Under the pieces are notes generated by a model that was not told the DNA's origin, did no database searches, and saw only the letters and a program-made list of their open reading frames with translations. From assembly GCA_030248215.1 (NCBI GenBank), contig JASANG010000440.1, forward strand, positions 434,001-498,000: DNA of 64,000 nucleotides, given 5' to 3'. This document shows positions 51,581 to 63,481 of the stretch, one piece after another. Both the position numbers and the translations under genes were made by a program. Each line of letters opens with the position of its first letter. Positions within the stretch are counted from its first letter, which is position 1. The DNA comes from Enoplolaimus lenunculus. Lineage: Eukaryota.

Positions 51581-54042
51581 TCAACTCGTACTGTCGGCAG
51601 ATGGACTGGTGCCAGGTTTGTTTTCGTGTTTCGTAATTTCTTTTTTCGAATTGTCAGATTTGTCAGTCGTTTGTTTTTCGTTTGGTGGCAGACGACTACA
51701 GATTACATGATAGCGTCGTGTTGCACCTGGTAAATTATCACCAAGACGGTCTAAATTCCGGCGCAAGTGATTATGCTTGAACGATGCAGCGTTTTCAAAT
51801 TTTCTATTGCTATTGCGATCTTGTTGAATTGCATTTTGATTTTCAAATTTTCTATTGCTATTGCGATCTTGTTGAATTGCATTTTGATTTTCGAATTTTC
51901 GTCGAAAATTGTTTGATTTCTTCACAGTATCATTTGTCTTTGTGTCACCAGATGCAGTAGTGTCACAGAGGTCTGGATCTGATTCGATGTCAGATCCGGA
52001 ACCAGGTTGAGGTCTCTCGAGCACTAGCGAATCACGTGCTGCCGCACCGGGTACACCGTAATTCCATTGGTAGTTTGAACTTACGTTTTTAAAGCGACTA
52101 TTTGTATTAGGCCAATCAACTTCGTCCACGCCAGTTGTTGCTATCATACTAATCGCTGATTGGCTACGATCTAACGGCGCTGAATCGTCATTTTCCCGAG
52201 CTGAATGTAGTGAATTATTTTCATTAGCTATGTAATTTTTAGAATTCTCGCAAAATTTACGATTCTGGAAAGTTTGAGGTGAGCGACTTTTACATGTTAA
52301 GTCACGGCTAGTGGATTGTGAGCTTGGTTTGACCGAACGAATAGGCCGTGTTTGGCACGTGGGACCACCTGGACGCCTGTTGAGCATTGGTGAAGGATTT
52401 GGAGACGTAATGCAAGAAGCGGAAGGTGAATTATCCAGGACAGGCATATTCATAAATTGGTGTGAATGATGATAACCGGTAGCAGGTAACGCCCTGATCA
52501 GAACTGCTGGAGATGTCGCTGATGTGGGCAAATGGTGAGCAAATGTTGCCTGAAACAAATTTTCAACAGCGAACTGAATGTGTTCCACTGCGCATTGTGT
52601 ATTATTTATTGCATGCAATTTGCACAAATACCTGCTTATACCGAATAATTTTTCTATTTGAATTTACGTTAAACTCCGGGTAATGTATAGAACAGCCCCG
52701 TAACAGTGCCTAGTATGAGCGTATTCCTAAGTCTCAGTCTACGCATACTTTAAGCGTAAAAATGAGTTTGTCTGAGGCTATGCAAAAATATAGTGTAAAG
52801 CTTTAACTTTACTGTATTGCAGTCTCGCAGAAAAACGTTCCGCCACTGATCTTTACATGTACCAAAACTTTTATAGCTGAGTGTCACCCGTGAGGCTGCG
52901 ATTAGAATTAGGGCTTGAAATTAAGTTCGTACACGTACGTAACAGTGAATATTCATGTGAGAAATGGTTAGGCTTAGCTTTCATCGTGTTTTATATGTAC
53001 ACGTCTAAGTCGCATAATCTTAGAATATGACGAATCCTTACCCTGAGATTGAATATATTAGACTCGCCTGGTTCGTCGCTATCGTCGTCCGAAAACGAAT
53101 TCATTCGAAATCCTGCAATAAAATTTAAATTTTCTGATTTGGTAGTTAGTTACCGGTCAACATTTGACCGATGCAATTTGGTCATTAAGGTTTTGGCCTA
53201 TTTTAATTAAGGATGGCCTCTGTCCATTGGAACACAGGGAGGCTTCTGTAACTGGGATGTTTGGTTTTGGTATTACCATTATAGGATTTAGGTTTAGGCA
53301 CTACCGTTAGGTTTAGAATTGGTCAAAGTGGGCAAGTCGTTTAAATATTAGGCTTTAACCCGATTGACGCGTGTCGCACAAAATCATTACGGGCCCCACG
53401 GCAGATTTTTACTCCCACCCCAAAAAAGTTTCAAACTTAATTGTGAGTGATCGCCAAAGCCTTGTATATCGTGCCGGTTAAAAATTCTTCCAGCCCCCCT
53501 GGACAGGTGATCTGGCTATCGATCTTTGAAATGCTTGCAGCTGAATTTTCAGCTCAAGTTCTGTTTCGTTCCGGTTTAACACTGAGAAGAAATTTATTCA
53601 GTATTTTTTCTACCTAAAAGCAAACGGTCAGCTTAAGACTTTGTTGAGAACTTTTTCAATACATGGACACAGATAAACTACTGATATCAAATGTCATTTT
53701 AGCATCACCTTTTAGTTTTCCTTTTTTTCGCACTGGTCTCGGCGCCTGTTCTTGCTCAACTTCCATCCGGTTTGCACTTTGAGTGTAATTATTAGTATTA
53801 TTATTATTATTATTGTTGTTGTTATTATTATTATTATTATTGTTGTTGTTATTATTATTATTATTATTGTTGTTACTATAATTATTATGGTTGTTGTAAT
53901 TATTGTTACTTTTCGTATTATTATTTAAATTAGAATTGTCGATTGGTTCAATATAATCACTGCTGTTAACTGCGCGATCGGAGTTTTTCGCTATTCCATT
54001 ATCCATGTTTGGCTGATCCGACTCGCGTTCGTCAGACGCCAT
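51581..54042 (-). CDS. Uncharacterised Asn/Ser-rich, probably disordered protein, ~466 aa, 3 coding exons
   Basis: Exons 53682-54042, 53042-53112 and 51581-52549 total 1401 nt, in frame. Acceptors are TTGCAG and TTTCAG; donors are GTAGTT (less certain) and GTAAGG. The last exon is a long 969-nt open frame in AT-rich DNA. It contains a poly-Asn tract, an acidic FSDDDSDE motif and SP-rich segments. No domain recognised. Confidence 0.65.
52678..52863 (-). mobile_element. TTAGGC-carrying MITE, degenerate, intronic
   Basis: GGGTAATGTATAGAACAG ... CGTTCCGCCACTGATCTTTACATGTACC; decayed CCTAAG core. Confidence 0.65.
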
Positions 54043-54157
54043 TGCCTCTTGTTCGGTTTTATGTTTTTATTATTAATTTCTTCAATCCATTATGTACCGA
54101 AACTGAAATACACCAATTTAAGCTTTGAAGAATATTTCTTAGGAAATATTTGCTTCA

Positions 54158-54583
54158 TAGTGACCCGAATTACAGAGGGGGACTGATACTTATTTTGTCT
54201 CTCCAGTGGGTACTCCCCTTGTTATTCGGTTACGGACTGTTATTTATTTTTAACCCGCCCTTCGTTAGTGATATCCGGTATTGCAACTATCCGTTGAATT
54301 AAACGTTTTTTGTCTTGTATCAAAAGTGTGAGCGATAAGGCAAGGCTATACATAGCAAAGTACTTTTAAAACATAAGTATGCTTGAAAGTTTCGAACTCA
54401 ACTTTATTTGGTTCTGGACTCGTTTATTCGCTACAATTAGGAATAATTGACAATTATAACTCTAGTAGGGTTTAGGGACTTTATCCACTTATGGACTATC
54501 ATTAGGGATACGGACTCCTATTGACTGGATCTCCAATTGGGGACCCACTCTTATTACTCCCTTCCTATTCGGGTTACTGCAGT
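54158..54583. mobile_element. MITE family with CAGTAGTGACCCGAATA TIR (TA-flanked, Tc1/mariner-like)
   Basis: TAGTGACCCGAAT...TATTCGGGTTACTG; homologous to 63540-63980; related copies at 43532-43739, 55093-55375 and about 10985. Confidence 0.65.
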
Positions 54584-56387
54584 ACAAAGATAATAAAACA
54601 ATCTTAATGGAACATCCACGTTATACTGCACGCGCAACTTCAAAAAATGTCTTGAGTAAGGCCCGACGTCGTTTTAACACACTCTATTACGAGACCATTT
54701 GTTCATATAGCATCGCAAACATACATAACAGCAACACAAACACATATATATGAACACTTAATTTTGGTTAAATTTTTTACCTTTTGTCCCGACTCCCTTC
54801 TGACAGTATCGGGACAATTAATAGTGTCTACGTACTTCATGAAATTGTACCTACACTCTAGTTGCAACTTTTATTTGTACACATATCCCTACCGGGTCGT
54901 TGGACAAATTTTTACTTTAGCGCGCGCATTATAATATGAATGACCCATAATAGTAAAACATATTTTAAGACACATACCGAAAATATACCGGAAACGGGCA
55001 TAAATTTGAGCAAAAACATATTTCCTGTTTACTGTAAGCGAGCTTATGGTCTTTGCCAATAGGATACGGCAAAATCACAGTTAAGCATGCACTGTAGTGA
55101 ACCGAATATAAGGGGACTGATATTTATTTTGCCTCTGTAGAAGGCGTCGCATGCTATTTGGTACGATCCATTATACTTTATGCCATGTTGTATTTAAACG
55201 AATTCTGTACTGAACGGTATTTGGTCCACGAAAGATCTTCGTAAACTAAAGTCACAAAATGGCACAAACTTTAGGTTTTGGGACTCACGAAGGACTCTAA
55301 CTAAAGGATATGTACGCTTAAGTGAATTCGGTCTCAGGAACCCTACTTTTATTACATCCTTATTCTGGTCACTATCATTTACTTAAAATATACGAAAATT
55401 ACTTAGCTAATATCTCGAGTCAAAAACACGGAATAATATATTATTAATTTCAATTTAAGGAAAGTGTTTTGGCATTTTGAGGATTTTTGTATAATTTTGT
55501 TAATTATTCATTATATTTAAATATATAGAAATGCAGATCAAAATCGGTCAAACGATTTTACAAATAAATTACCTCAGGGCCAACAACATTTTATGCGGAA
55601 CAATTTGGACCCCAACCCGCTCCCCTGCTGGACATTTTTGTCCCCTCTGAACAGCCGATACATTTTGTGGAGCGACGAAATAATTCCATGGTAAATTTTT
55701 CTTGCCTCATTTATAGAAACCTTCGTACCTCCGTCTAAACAACTCCTGGTTGAGCGACTGGTAAATCCGCTTACAATTTAAATGGCAGTGCACCGGGCCT
55801 AAATCCCAAAACCCAATAAATCTTCTAAATCCTGCTGTAAGAATTGATTAAAGAACAGTTGTGTAATGTCATTTAATGCTAAAATATCAAAGCGAAACAA
55901 TCGTTTGTGCTTAAAACCTTTACTAAAAACGAATTTATATTTTAAGAATTTAAAAATGAAATAAATTTAAAGCCAGGATTTGCACAAAATTAAGAATATG
56001 AAGCATTCAGAAATGCGGAATCAATACTCGGAGCAGGTTAGAGTGAGGTACCATACAAACTTCAGGACGGGTGGGGCAACGCCACGGTGGATCCTGTCGC
56101 CACCACCCGTGTCAGAAATTTATGGAACCACGTACTTTAAAACCAGGCCTGCACCCAGAAGCAAGCACTTAATTTGCATCAAATGATTAATTTAGTTGAA
56201 ACTAAACATTAGCTTTGGTGACGGCGGTTTGAAGGATTTAAAAAATCCATTGTCTATGTAACCAAGTGTCAAATTATAAATTGTGCAGTTAATAGCTACA
56301 TCTGGAAAGCGAAGCGAGCGAAAAGCCAAACACATTCATTGTATTTATATTCAATATACGGCGTGTAAAGTTTAGCGTACATCTCCT

Positions 56388-56727
56388 GACCAATGTATGG
56401 AACAGCGTCGTAACATTAGTATAAGCATATTCGCAAGCCTAAAACCTAAAACCAACGCCTGAGCAAAAAATTAGCCGTTTAATGTTATTCAATTGCAGTC
56501 CCACAAAAAACGTTCCGCTTCTGAACTTTACATGGTCCGATCTTGTGGATCCCCTTTTGACATTTGTATCAATTGCAGTCCCACAAAAAACGTTCCGCTT
56601 CTGAACTTTACATGGTCCGATCTTGTGGATCCCCTTTTGACATTTGTATCAATTGCAGTCCCACAAAAAACGTTCCGCTTCTGAACTTTACATGGTCCGA
56701 TCTTGTGGATCCCCTTTTGACATTTGT
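56388..56727 (-). mobile_element. TTAGGC-carrying MITE whose right end plus flank is tandemly triplicated (71-bp unit)
   Basis: Left TIR GACCAATGTATGGAACAG. The unit CAATTGCAGTCCCACAAAAAACGTTCCGCTTCTGAACTTTACATGGTCCGATCTTGTGGATCCCCTTTTGACATTTGTAT-like is repeated about 3 times from 56490 to 56727. Confidence 0.75.
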
Positions 56728-57210
56728 ATTACAACAGCAGACATTCGACCAGTGACGAGTGTCGCAGGCGAAGGTTTTTAACAATGTATCCTATTGCGAA
56801 ACCGGACGCCATTAACCTTGCTCGTACCTCCCACTGGCCCGTAGCCAGCTCACCTTGCTCGGGTGCGGCTCAATATTTTTCACGAGAGGCATTCAAGTGT
56901 TTTCAATGATTTACAAGCAAGGTCGATAATTCTCAAGGGGGGAGGCAAAATTTTTCTAGGGGGCTGAGCCCCCCCCCCCCCTTCGCTACGGGCCCGACCT
57001 TCCAATGGACGTTTTGTAAATTGAACAATTTAAGAAATTAAAACTATAAATGTCATCAAATCCGACAAACATATCACTTGGTGTTGTTAGACTTCATACT
57101 TGGTTGAGTCACCGTTCGCCGCTAAATCTTATTTTTGTTCTCACAGTTTAAATTTGTTAAACAACTGAGGACCACTGGCGCATACAATAAGGTACACCCA
57201 TGCATACGAC

Positions 57211-57377
57211 GGCCCATGTAAAGATCAGGTGCGGAACGTTTTTCTGTGGGACTCGAAAAGAGTAAGCTTAAACTTTATAGAGTAATTTTTTGCTTGGCTT
57301 AGGAATATGCTCATTCCTACGCTTAGTCTTAGGAATATGCTTATAATACTGTTCCGCCCGTGTTCTTTACATTGGCC
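57211..57377 (+). mobile_element. TTAGGC-carrying MITE (short core)
   Basis: Both TIRs; TSD CATACGAC/CTTACGCC (6/8). Confidence 0.85.
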
Positions 57378-58566
57378 CTTACGCCCAACAGGAAACAAAA
57401 CCAAAATTTTGTGTTTATATTTACTATTTCGTTTAGCTTCTTACTCGCTTCACTCGCGGGCTTGTCTCACTCACACACACGTCAGTCATAAATTTCTGGA
57501 TCCGCCACTGCCAGATGCCCTTCGGAACCATAGCCAAGCACATCAACATCGGCGGAAAACGTGAAACCAGTTTTCAGGCAAAATCGCCAAAAGCTCATCA
57601 CAAAACCCGGTGAACAGATGCTATCGCAAAGCCGAAAAATGCCATTGAAATGTTTCGCATGGGTCCCAAATCACACAGCGTATAAACCAACAATCTGGGT
57701 ACAAGAGCCGGTTGAGAATCGGGGACATATACCTGGACATGAGAACATTTTGAATGGTCAAAACCGATTTGTACAAGCGTTAAAATAATCTGCTGGATTT
57801 ATGACCGCAACAATATTTCTCGCTCCTACACTCGATGCTAAAAATTTTGTCATTACTGGCGTACTCTCTCTTGAATTGAAATCCTGGTTCAACGCTACGT
57901 TCCCCGTCGGGTGTACGTATCGGTTTGAAATTTTGTAAAACCAAAAACGAACCATACAACCTATTTTCTGTGAACGCCGATCGCATTAATCAATATAAAT
58001 TGACCATTGACGAAAACTCACGCTAGGAGCCCAGCCAAGTAAATAGAAGGGGAACAGACATTTCATAACCGTATCCATTAATTTGAAGGGTTTATTAGAC
58101 TCGCAAAAATTTAAATATTTGAATTTAGTCTTGAACCGGCCTTTTGTGCTAAGACTCCAGATCAAACTTTATACGCTTGGATTGTTGACTATCGCACATT
58201 CTGAGCAGAAAATGGTAAAAATAGGGCTTGTGGTAAAAGCTATGGAAAGTCCGAGTTGTAAGTGTTGGGAACGCAAAATTTCTGAAAGTGCTGGCTTCCT
58301 CAGATGCATAAGCCATTTTCTACTGATATATGGCACATTGACGGGGTAGATATACCTCTCAAAAGGACAATGATAATTAAACACCACCACAGACATTAAC
58401 GAGTAACCTATAGAAGTCAAAAAATTCTCGAACATTTTTTATACGATCGCTAGCAAAAGACTTTTGTATGAGAGCACGGACGTAGGCAGGATTTGAGTTC
58501 ATGGCAAATATATCCTCATGTAAAAAATTGTTCTCAGCTCCAGGGTCAGGTGGTTAATTATAAGCC

Positions 58567-58867
58567 GACCAATGTATAGAACAGGGATGGAACAGTAGTA
58601 TAAGTACAACATAACAATGAGCCTATACCTAAGCCTAAGCCTAAGCCTTAGCGAAAGAATGCGCCTATACTTAAGCCTAAGCCTAAGCCTTAGCGAAAGA
58701 ATGAGCCTATACCTAAGCCTAAACCTAAGCCTTTTAGCATAAGTATGAGCCTATACCTAAGCCTAAGCTTTAGCCTATCAGCCTAAGCAGAAAATTAGTC
58801 TAAAACTTAAGCTTACTCTATTACAGTCCCGCCGGAAAACGTTTCGGCCCTGTTCTATACATGGGTC
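58567..58867 (-). mobile_element. TTAGGC-carrying MITE with a higher-order ~42-bp internal repeat
   Basis: TIRs GACCAATGTATAGAACAGGG / CCCTGTTCTATACATGGGTC; TSD TATAAGCC/TGAAAGCC (6/8); ATGAGCCTATACCTAAGCCTAAG unit present about 4 times. Confidence 0.85.
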
Positions 58868-59838
58868 TGAAAGCCTGTTAAAAGTGCCTTCTCTCTCTCT
58901 TGAGATTTCGGTACCGTATATCCCGTCTCCATCCCACTCCTTGTATATATGCCTCTGATTCTGAGTATATCTGCAAACAACTCTTAATTGCATAAAGCAC
59001 ATATACACATTGCAAGTTGTTACTTTATGTTTAACAAAACCTGGTGAATGTAAAGCCTAGAAACTTTCTAAATCAGCAAACACCTATAAATCACGTCTAT
59101 TTTTGCATATTTCAATTTTAACGACCTTTTGTCGTATTTAAGCTGAAAAGCCTGCAAAGCCATCTAAAATAGTTTTTCTTCTAAATTTAGAAAGTATACC
59201 ATTCGTACTGTTTGAAAACCGTACAAAGCCACCGGTATTCCTGTGATTGATCCATGCTAACTGAAAGGGGTCGGCCTACCAAACATTAATCCTATAAGCC
59301 TAATCCTATGCCAAAATATAAACCTAAGCCTAAACTTCCCAATCTCTAAGCGTCCACCAGTCCCGCACTGTATTCCAGTGGACAGCTCCGTAACCAAGAG
59401 CCGTTAAACCTGTAGCCAGGTTAAAATTGTCGGGACCAAAAATTTCCGGTAATCTTTTTTAAAAACATTACGGAAATTTTTCTCAAACTGGCCCAATTAT
59501 TCTCCTGCTGAAGCGAATACCATCTGTCTTTTTCGACGTCAGACACAAAAAGTTCCTGTTTACATCAAGGCTTATTCTGTAAGTTTCGCTTTCTCTGTCT
59601 ATCGCTGAGGTCCAAACGTTTATGTTCAACCAAAAACAACATCAACAACAACAACAACTACAACATCAAACCAAATATACGAGTTTTGCCTCATGGAACC
59701 ATGTGAGAGACCAAACCAACTCAAGAGTATAACATACACGAATATGTAATAAACATAATATATATAACTGCAAACACATACATATTATATGTTATACAAG
59801 GAGCTCATACAAACGTGATCGTAGGGTACTGAAATTTC

Positions 59839-60085
59839 GGCCGGTGTAAAGATCAGGGGCGGAACAGTTTTTTGTGGAACCGGAATAGAATAGCTTAAGC
59901 TTTAGACTAATATTTTTGCTCGGCTTAGGCTTTTAGGCTTAGGCTTAGGAATATGCTCATTGTTACGCTCAGGCTTAGGCTTAGGCTTAGCAATATGCTC
60001 ATTCTTATGCCTAGGCTTATGCTTAGGCTTAGGCTTAGGCTTAGAAATATACTTACTGTTCCGCCCCCTGTTGTTCACATTGGCC
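59839..60085 (+). mobile_element. TTAGGC-carrying MITE (subfamily 1)
   Basis: Both TIRs; TSD GAAATTTC / GAAA(C)TTTC. Confidence 0.85.
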
Positions 60086-60755
60086 GAAACTTTCGTGAAA
60101 CCAGAAAAATGCACTTTTACAGGTTTTAGAATAGTAATCTGGTGAGGCGATATTTTCCAACAGCTGCATGATTTTTTGGACTTGTACTGGTGAGACAAAT
60201 TGACTCTCTCCAAAATAGACTCTACGTGACTATACAAACTCAGCAGCAAAATTCTATTCGGCTAGAGACAAATTAAACTCACTGAGGCGCATGTTTGACG
60301 CTGGTGGAGTTGAATTTGACTCAGTTTGTGTAGTCCCGTAGAGTCTATTTCGAAGCGAGTCAATTTGATTCACTATTTTTTGCAGTGTGCGTATTATAGT
60401 TTCTTTCGGCAACGAATACACATGAAAAATCGGTTGAGATATACCCGTATTCGGATAATAGGGTACAAACAAATTTTCTGGACAGCTCTGAAAAAAATTT
60501 TTTGGCAGGGGCAGTAACACCCTTTGAAAACGGAATCATGGCTTCGCTCCTGTAGGTACTACGTATATTCAACATGGAATATACAAGTGAAATGAATTTG
60601 AGGTGACTAAACACATAAAAGCATGTACTATACTGTGTTTATAACCGTGACCGCAATGCTGCCATGTTTATTCCTTTTAGGCATTATAGGTTTGGTGATA
60701 GTGTGAGGGTGGCGAAGTGTGTCGCTTTATTATACCCGACGGGAGGATACCATGT

Positions 60756-60767
60756 ATAATAATGATA

Positions 60768-60798
<31 letters not shown>

Positions 60799-61095
60799 TA
60801 ATAATAATAATAATAATAAGAATAATAAGAATAATAATAATAAATAATAATAAGAATAATAATAATAATAAATAATAATAATAATTATAAGAATATATAA
60901 TAATAAGAATAAGAATAATAATAATAATAATAATAATAATAAGAATAAGAATAATAATAATAAGAATAATAAGAATAATAATAAGAATAATAATAATAAT
61001 CATAATAATAATAATCATAATAATAAGAATAATAAGAATAATAATAAGAATAATAATCATAATAATCATAATAATAATAATAATTATAATAATAG
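60756..61095. repeat. (AAT)n/(AATAAG)n compound microsatellite
   Basis: About 340 bp of AAT interrupted by AAG and CAT triplets. Confidence 0.95.
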
Positions 61096-61200
61096 TTACT
61101 CTATTTTGACGTTAAAGTAGGAGAGCCTGGCCATCTGAGGACCGGTGGATCGGTTGAAATTTGGACCCATCAATGAAATGAATAAAATATTGGTTATTTA

Positions 61201-61448
61201 CATTGTAAACTTAGTGAGTTGATTTTAACTCAAAATGAGTTTAATTCAATCCGAAGTCTCAGTTCTGAACTATAAGTTTTTCAGAACTAACAATTCTGAA
61301 TTGATTGAACTGATTCAAAGTTAACTCACCTGGAATTAAATCATCTCAGAGTAGAGTTAATATTCACTGTTATTAACTCAAAAATAGCTAAAAATTACAA
61401 ATTCTCTCTCTGAATTAATTATAAATCAACTCATTGGAATTTACAGTG
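61201..61448. mobile_element. MITE of the CACTGTAAA family
   Basis: TA|CATTGTAAA...TTTACAGTG|TA; a diverged reverse complement of 20593-20844. Confidence 0.7.
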
Positions 61449-62129
61449 TAATTATTTTTCTAGTTTACAGTCAGTGAGAGGGCTTGTTTCTATCAAAATA
61501 CCAGGAGCGATAATAAGACAGTCAGTCCTCAATCCAGCCCAGTACTATTTTAAGGCCTGTAGTCACAGGCGGATCTAAGAATATGGCCACCCTGCCATAG
61601 AAATAATGTTTTTAGCACTAAATTGGCGTTTCGGTTGTTCGTTCACTTCGGTCACCAGTTCAGTTCCGCTATTCTATATGACACAGCCCTCTGTTTAGAA
61701 ATTTCTGGATCCGCCACTGTCTGTCGAGCGAAAACCACTACGACATCATCAAAACATAGACTTGGTAGTCAACTACTGCAGTGACCCGAATACAAAAGAC
61801 AACAGTTCTGACCACCGTCGCAGCAGCCAATCGCTGTTCACATACAACCTCTGGAGTCCGGAGCCTAAGGCATTGAGATTACAAGTGTTCGAAAGACACT
61901 CTCACGCATGATTATTCAACTCTAATTGAACCAACCAGTTTTAACTTTCACCGCCTTGCATTCAATCCAAAACCATGTGAAAATTTTCGCGATTAAAACG
62001 GTGGCATTAAACAACAATGTTTTATGCTTAATTTCAGCCAAAAAATTAAAAACGCACCAATTTTTATAACAATCACAACAACTCTAATAAACAATTGTTA
62101 GGTTGTTAACTCAAAGCATTCCATTAACC

Positions 62130-62512
62130 GACTCGTGTAAAATATCAGGGGCGGAACATTTTTCTGTGGGACTGGAATAGAGTCAGCGTAAGCTTTAGCC
62201 TATTTTTTTGCTTGGCTTAGAGTTAGGCTTAGGAAGGTCCATGTTACTTCAGGGGGTATCCAGGTATCTGGTGGGTCTATAAAAGAGTAGGTTTAGATTC
62301 TAGATTATATTTTTTGCTTAGTCTTAGGCTTACGAATACGCTTTTGCAACGGTTAGGCTTAGACTTAGGCTTTTAGGAATACGCTTTAAATCTACTCTTA
62401 CGCCCTTTAAAGTAATATTTGCCCTTAGGAATATGCTCATTCATACGCTTAGACTTTTAGGCTTAGGAATATGCTTATAAATACTGTTCCGCCCCTGTTC
62501 TTTACATTGGCG
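62130..62512 (+). mobile_element. Subfamily-1 TTAGGC MITE with a subfamily-2 copy (62236-62423) nested inside
   Basis: Outer TSD CATTAACC is exact; inner TSD CTTAGGAA is exact. Confidence 0.9.
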
Positions 62513-63481
62513 CATTAACCCAAATCTTTATCCCTCGTGGTTTTGGTCCCTGGTTCTATATCATCTCGGGAAGGCCCTTGTATATAGTATTTCTTCAGTT
62601 CAGGGCTTAGGACTAATCGTAGTAGACCGTCGATTTAGTTTTATTACCACCAAATCTACGGAAACAACAGCCGCATTTGTCTTTAGAACACAAGAAAGCG
62701 ATTGCGTGTTACAAGCAAATTAATGCCATATGGTTTAAATTCGTGCCAGACAAGGATCACTCGTACTATGATAAAGCATAAACCAAAACGTAAGCCTAAG
62801 AAGTTAACGAACGTTGCTCTGCATCCGTAGTGTGAATCACAACCTAAGCCTGATTCTGAAAACTAAATAATCATGGTATGAATATTTGTCAGATAACGCA
62901 ACAGGTTGCAATCAGAACGGTTTTTGGCTAACTGATTTGTTCGGTTCGTAACCAAAAATAATCGGTGTTTGAAATTTTTGCATATTTCAGCTTCTCATCA
63001 CACCTCTGTTGATCACTCATGAGCTCGAATATGATTTTTTAAAGTATTTTTGAAACGGTTGAATCGCAGGTCGACGGCAAAACTGGAAAAAGGGGCACCA
63101 GCAGTTGAGCATCCGGAAATGTACCTGTTAAATTCACGGAATGTGAAAAGAGACGAGGTATTTAACGGGTTATCAGAACCTGTGAGTGTCTATTCTACAA
63201 CCTAAAACTGCATTTATATGTGTGCAATTATACACAGAGGACTTGAAGCTGCAACATTTGTATTATACGTATTTTGAAAAAACTTGCACGTGTGAATAGG
63301 GCTTTGGCTTAAAAACGTTGTTTGTCGCCTGTACTAAATTGTACCAAACAGTCATATATACCGTAAATGCTTATTAATAATTAAAAACAACAAAAGCTTT
63401 AAGTTTATAGCTGATAGAGAAGATTTATCTGTCATATTTTTTTAAAGCTTTTACCCAAATATTTGAAGTTACCACATTTTC

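Noticed and set aside
57561..57986. Non-repetitive stretch with several short ORFs and a possible splice donor near 57730
   Set aside because: No recognisable homology and stops interrupt each frame; it could be a UTR exon or decayed element but cannot be supported.
60677..61069. 130-aa Ile/Tyr-rich ORF
   Set aside because: Artefact of the AAT microsatellite.
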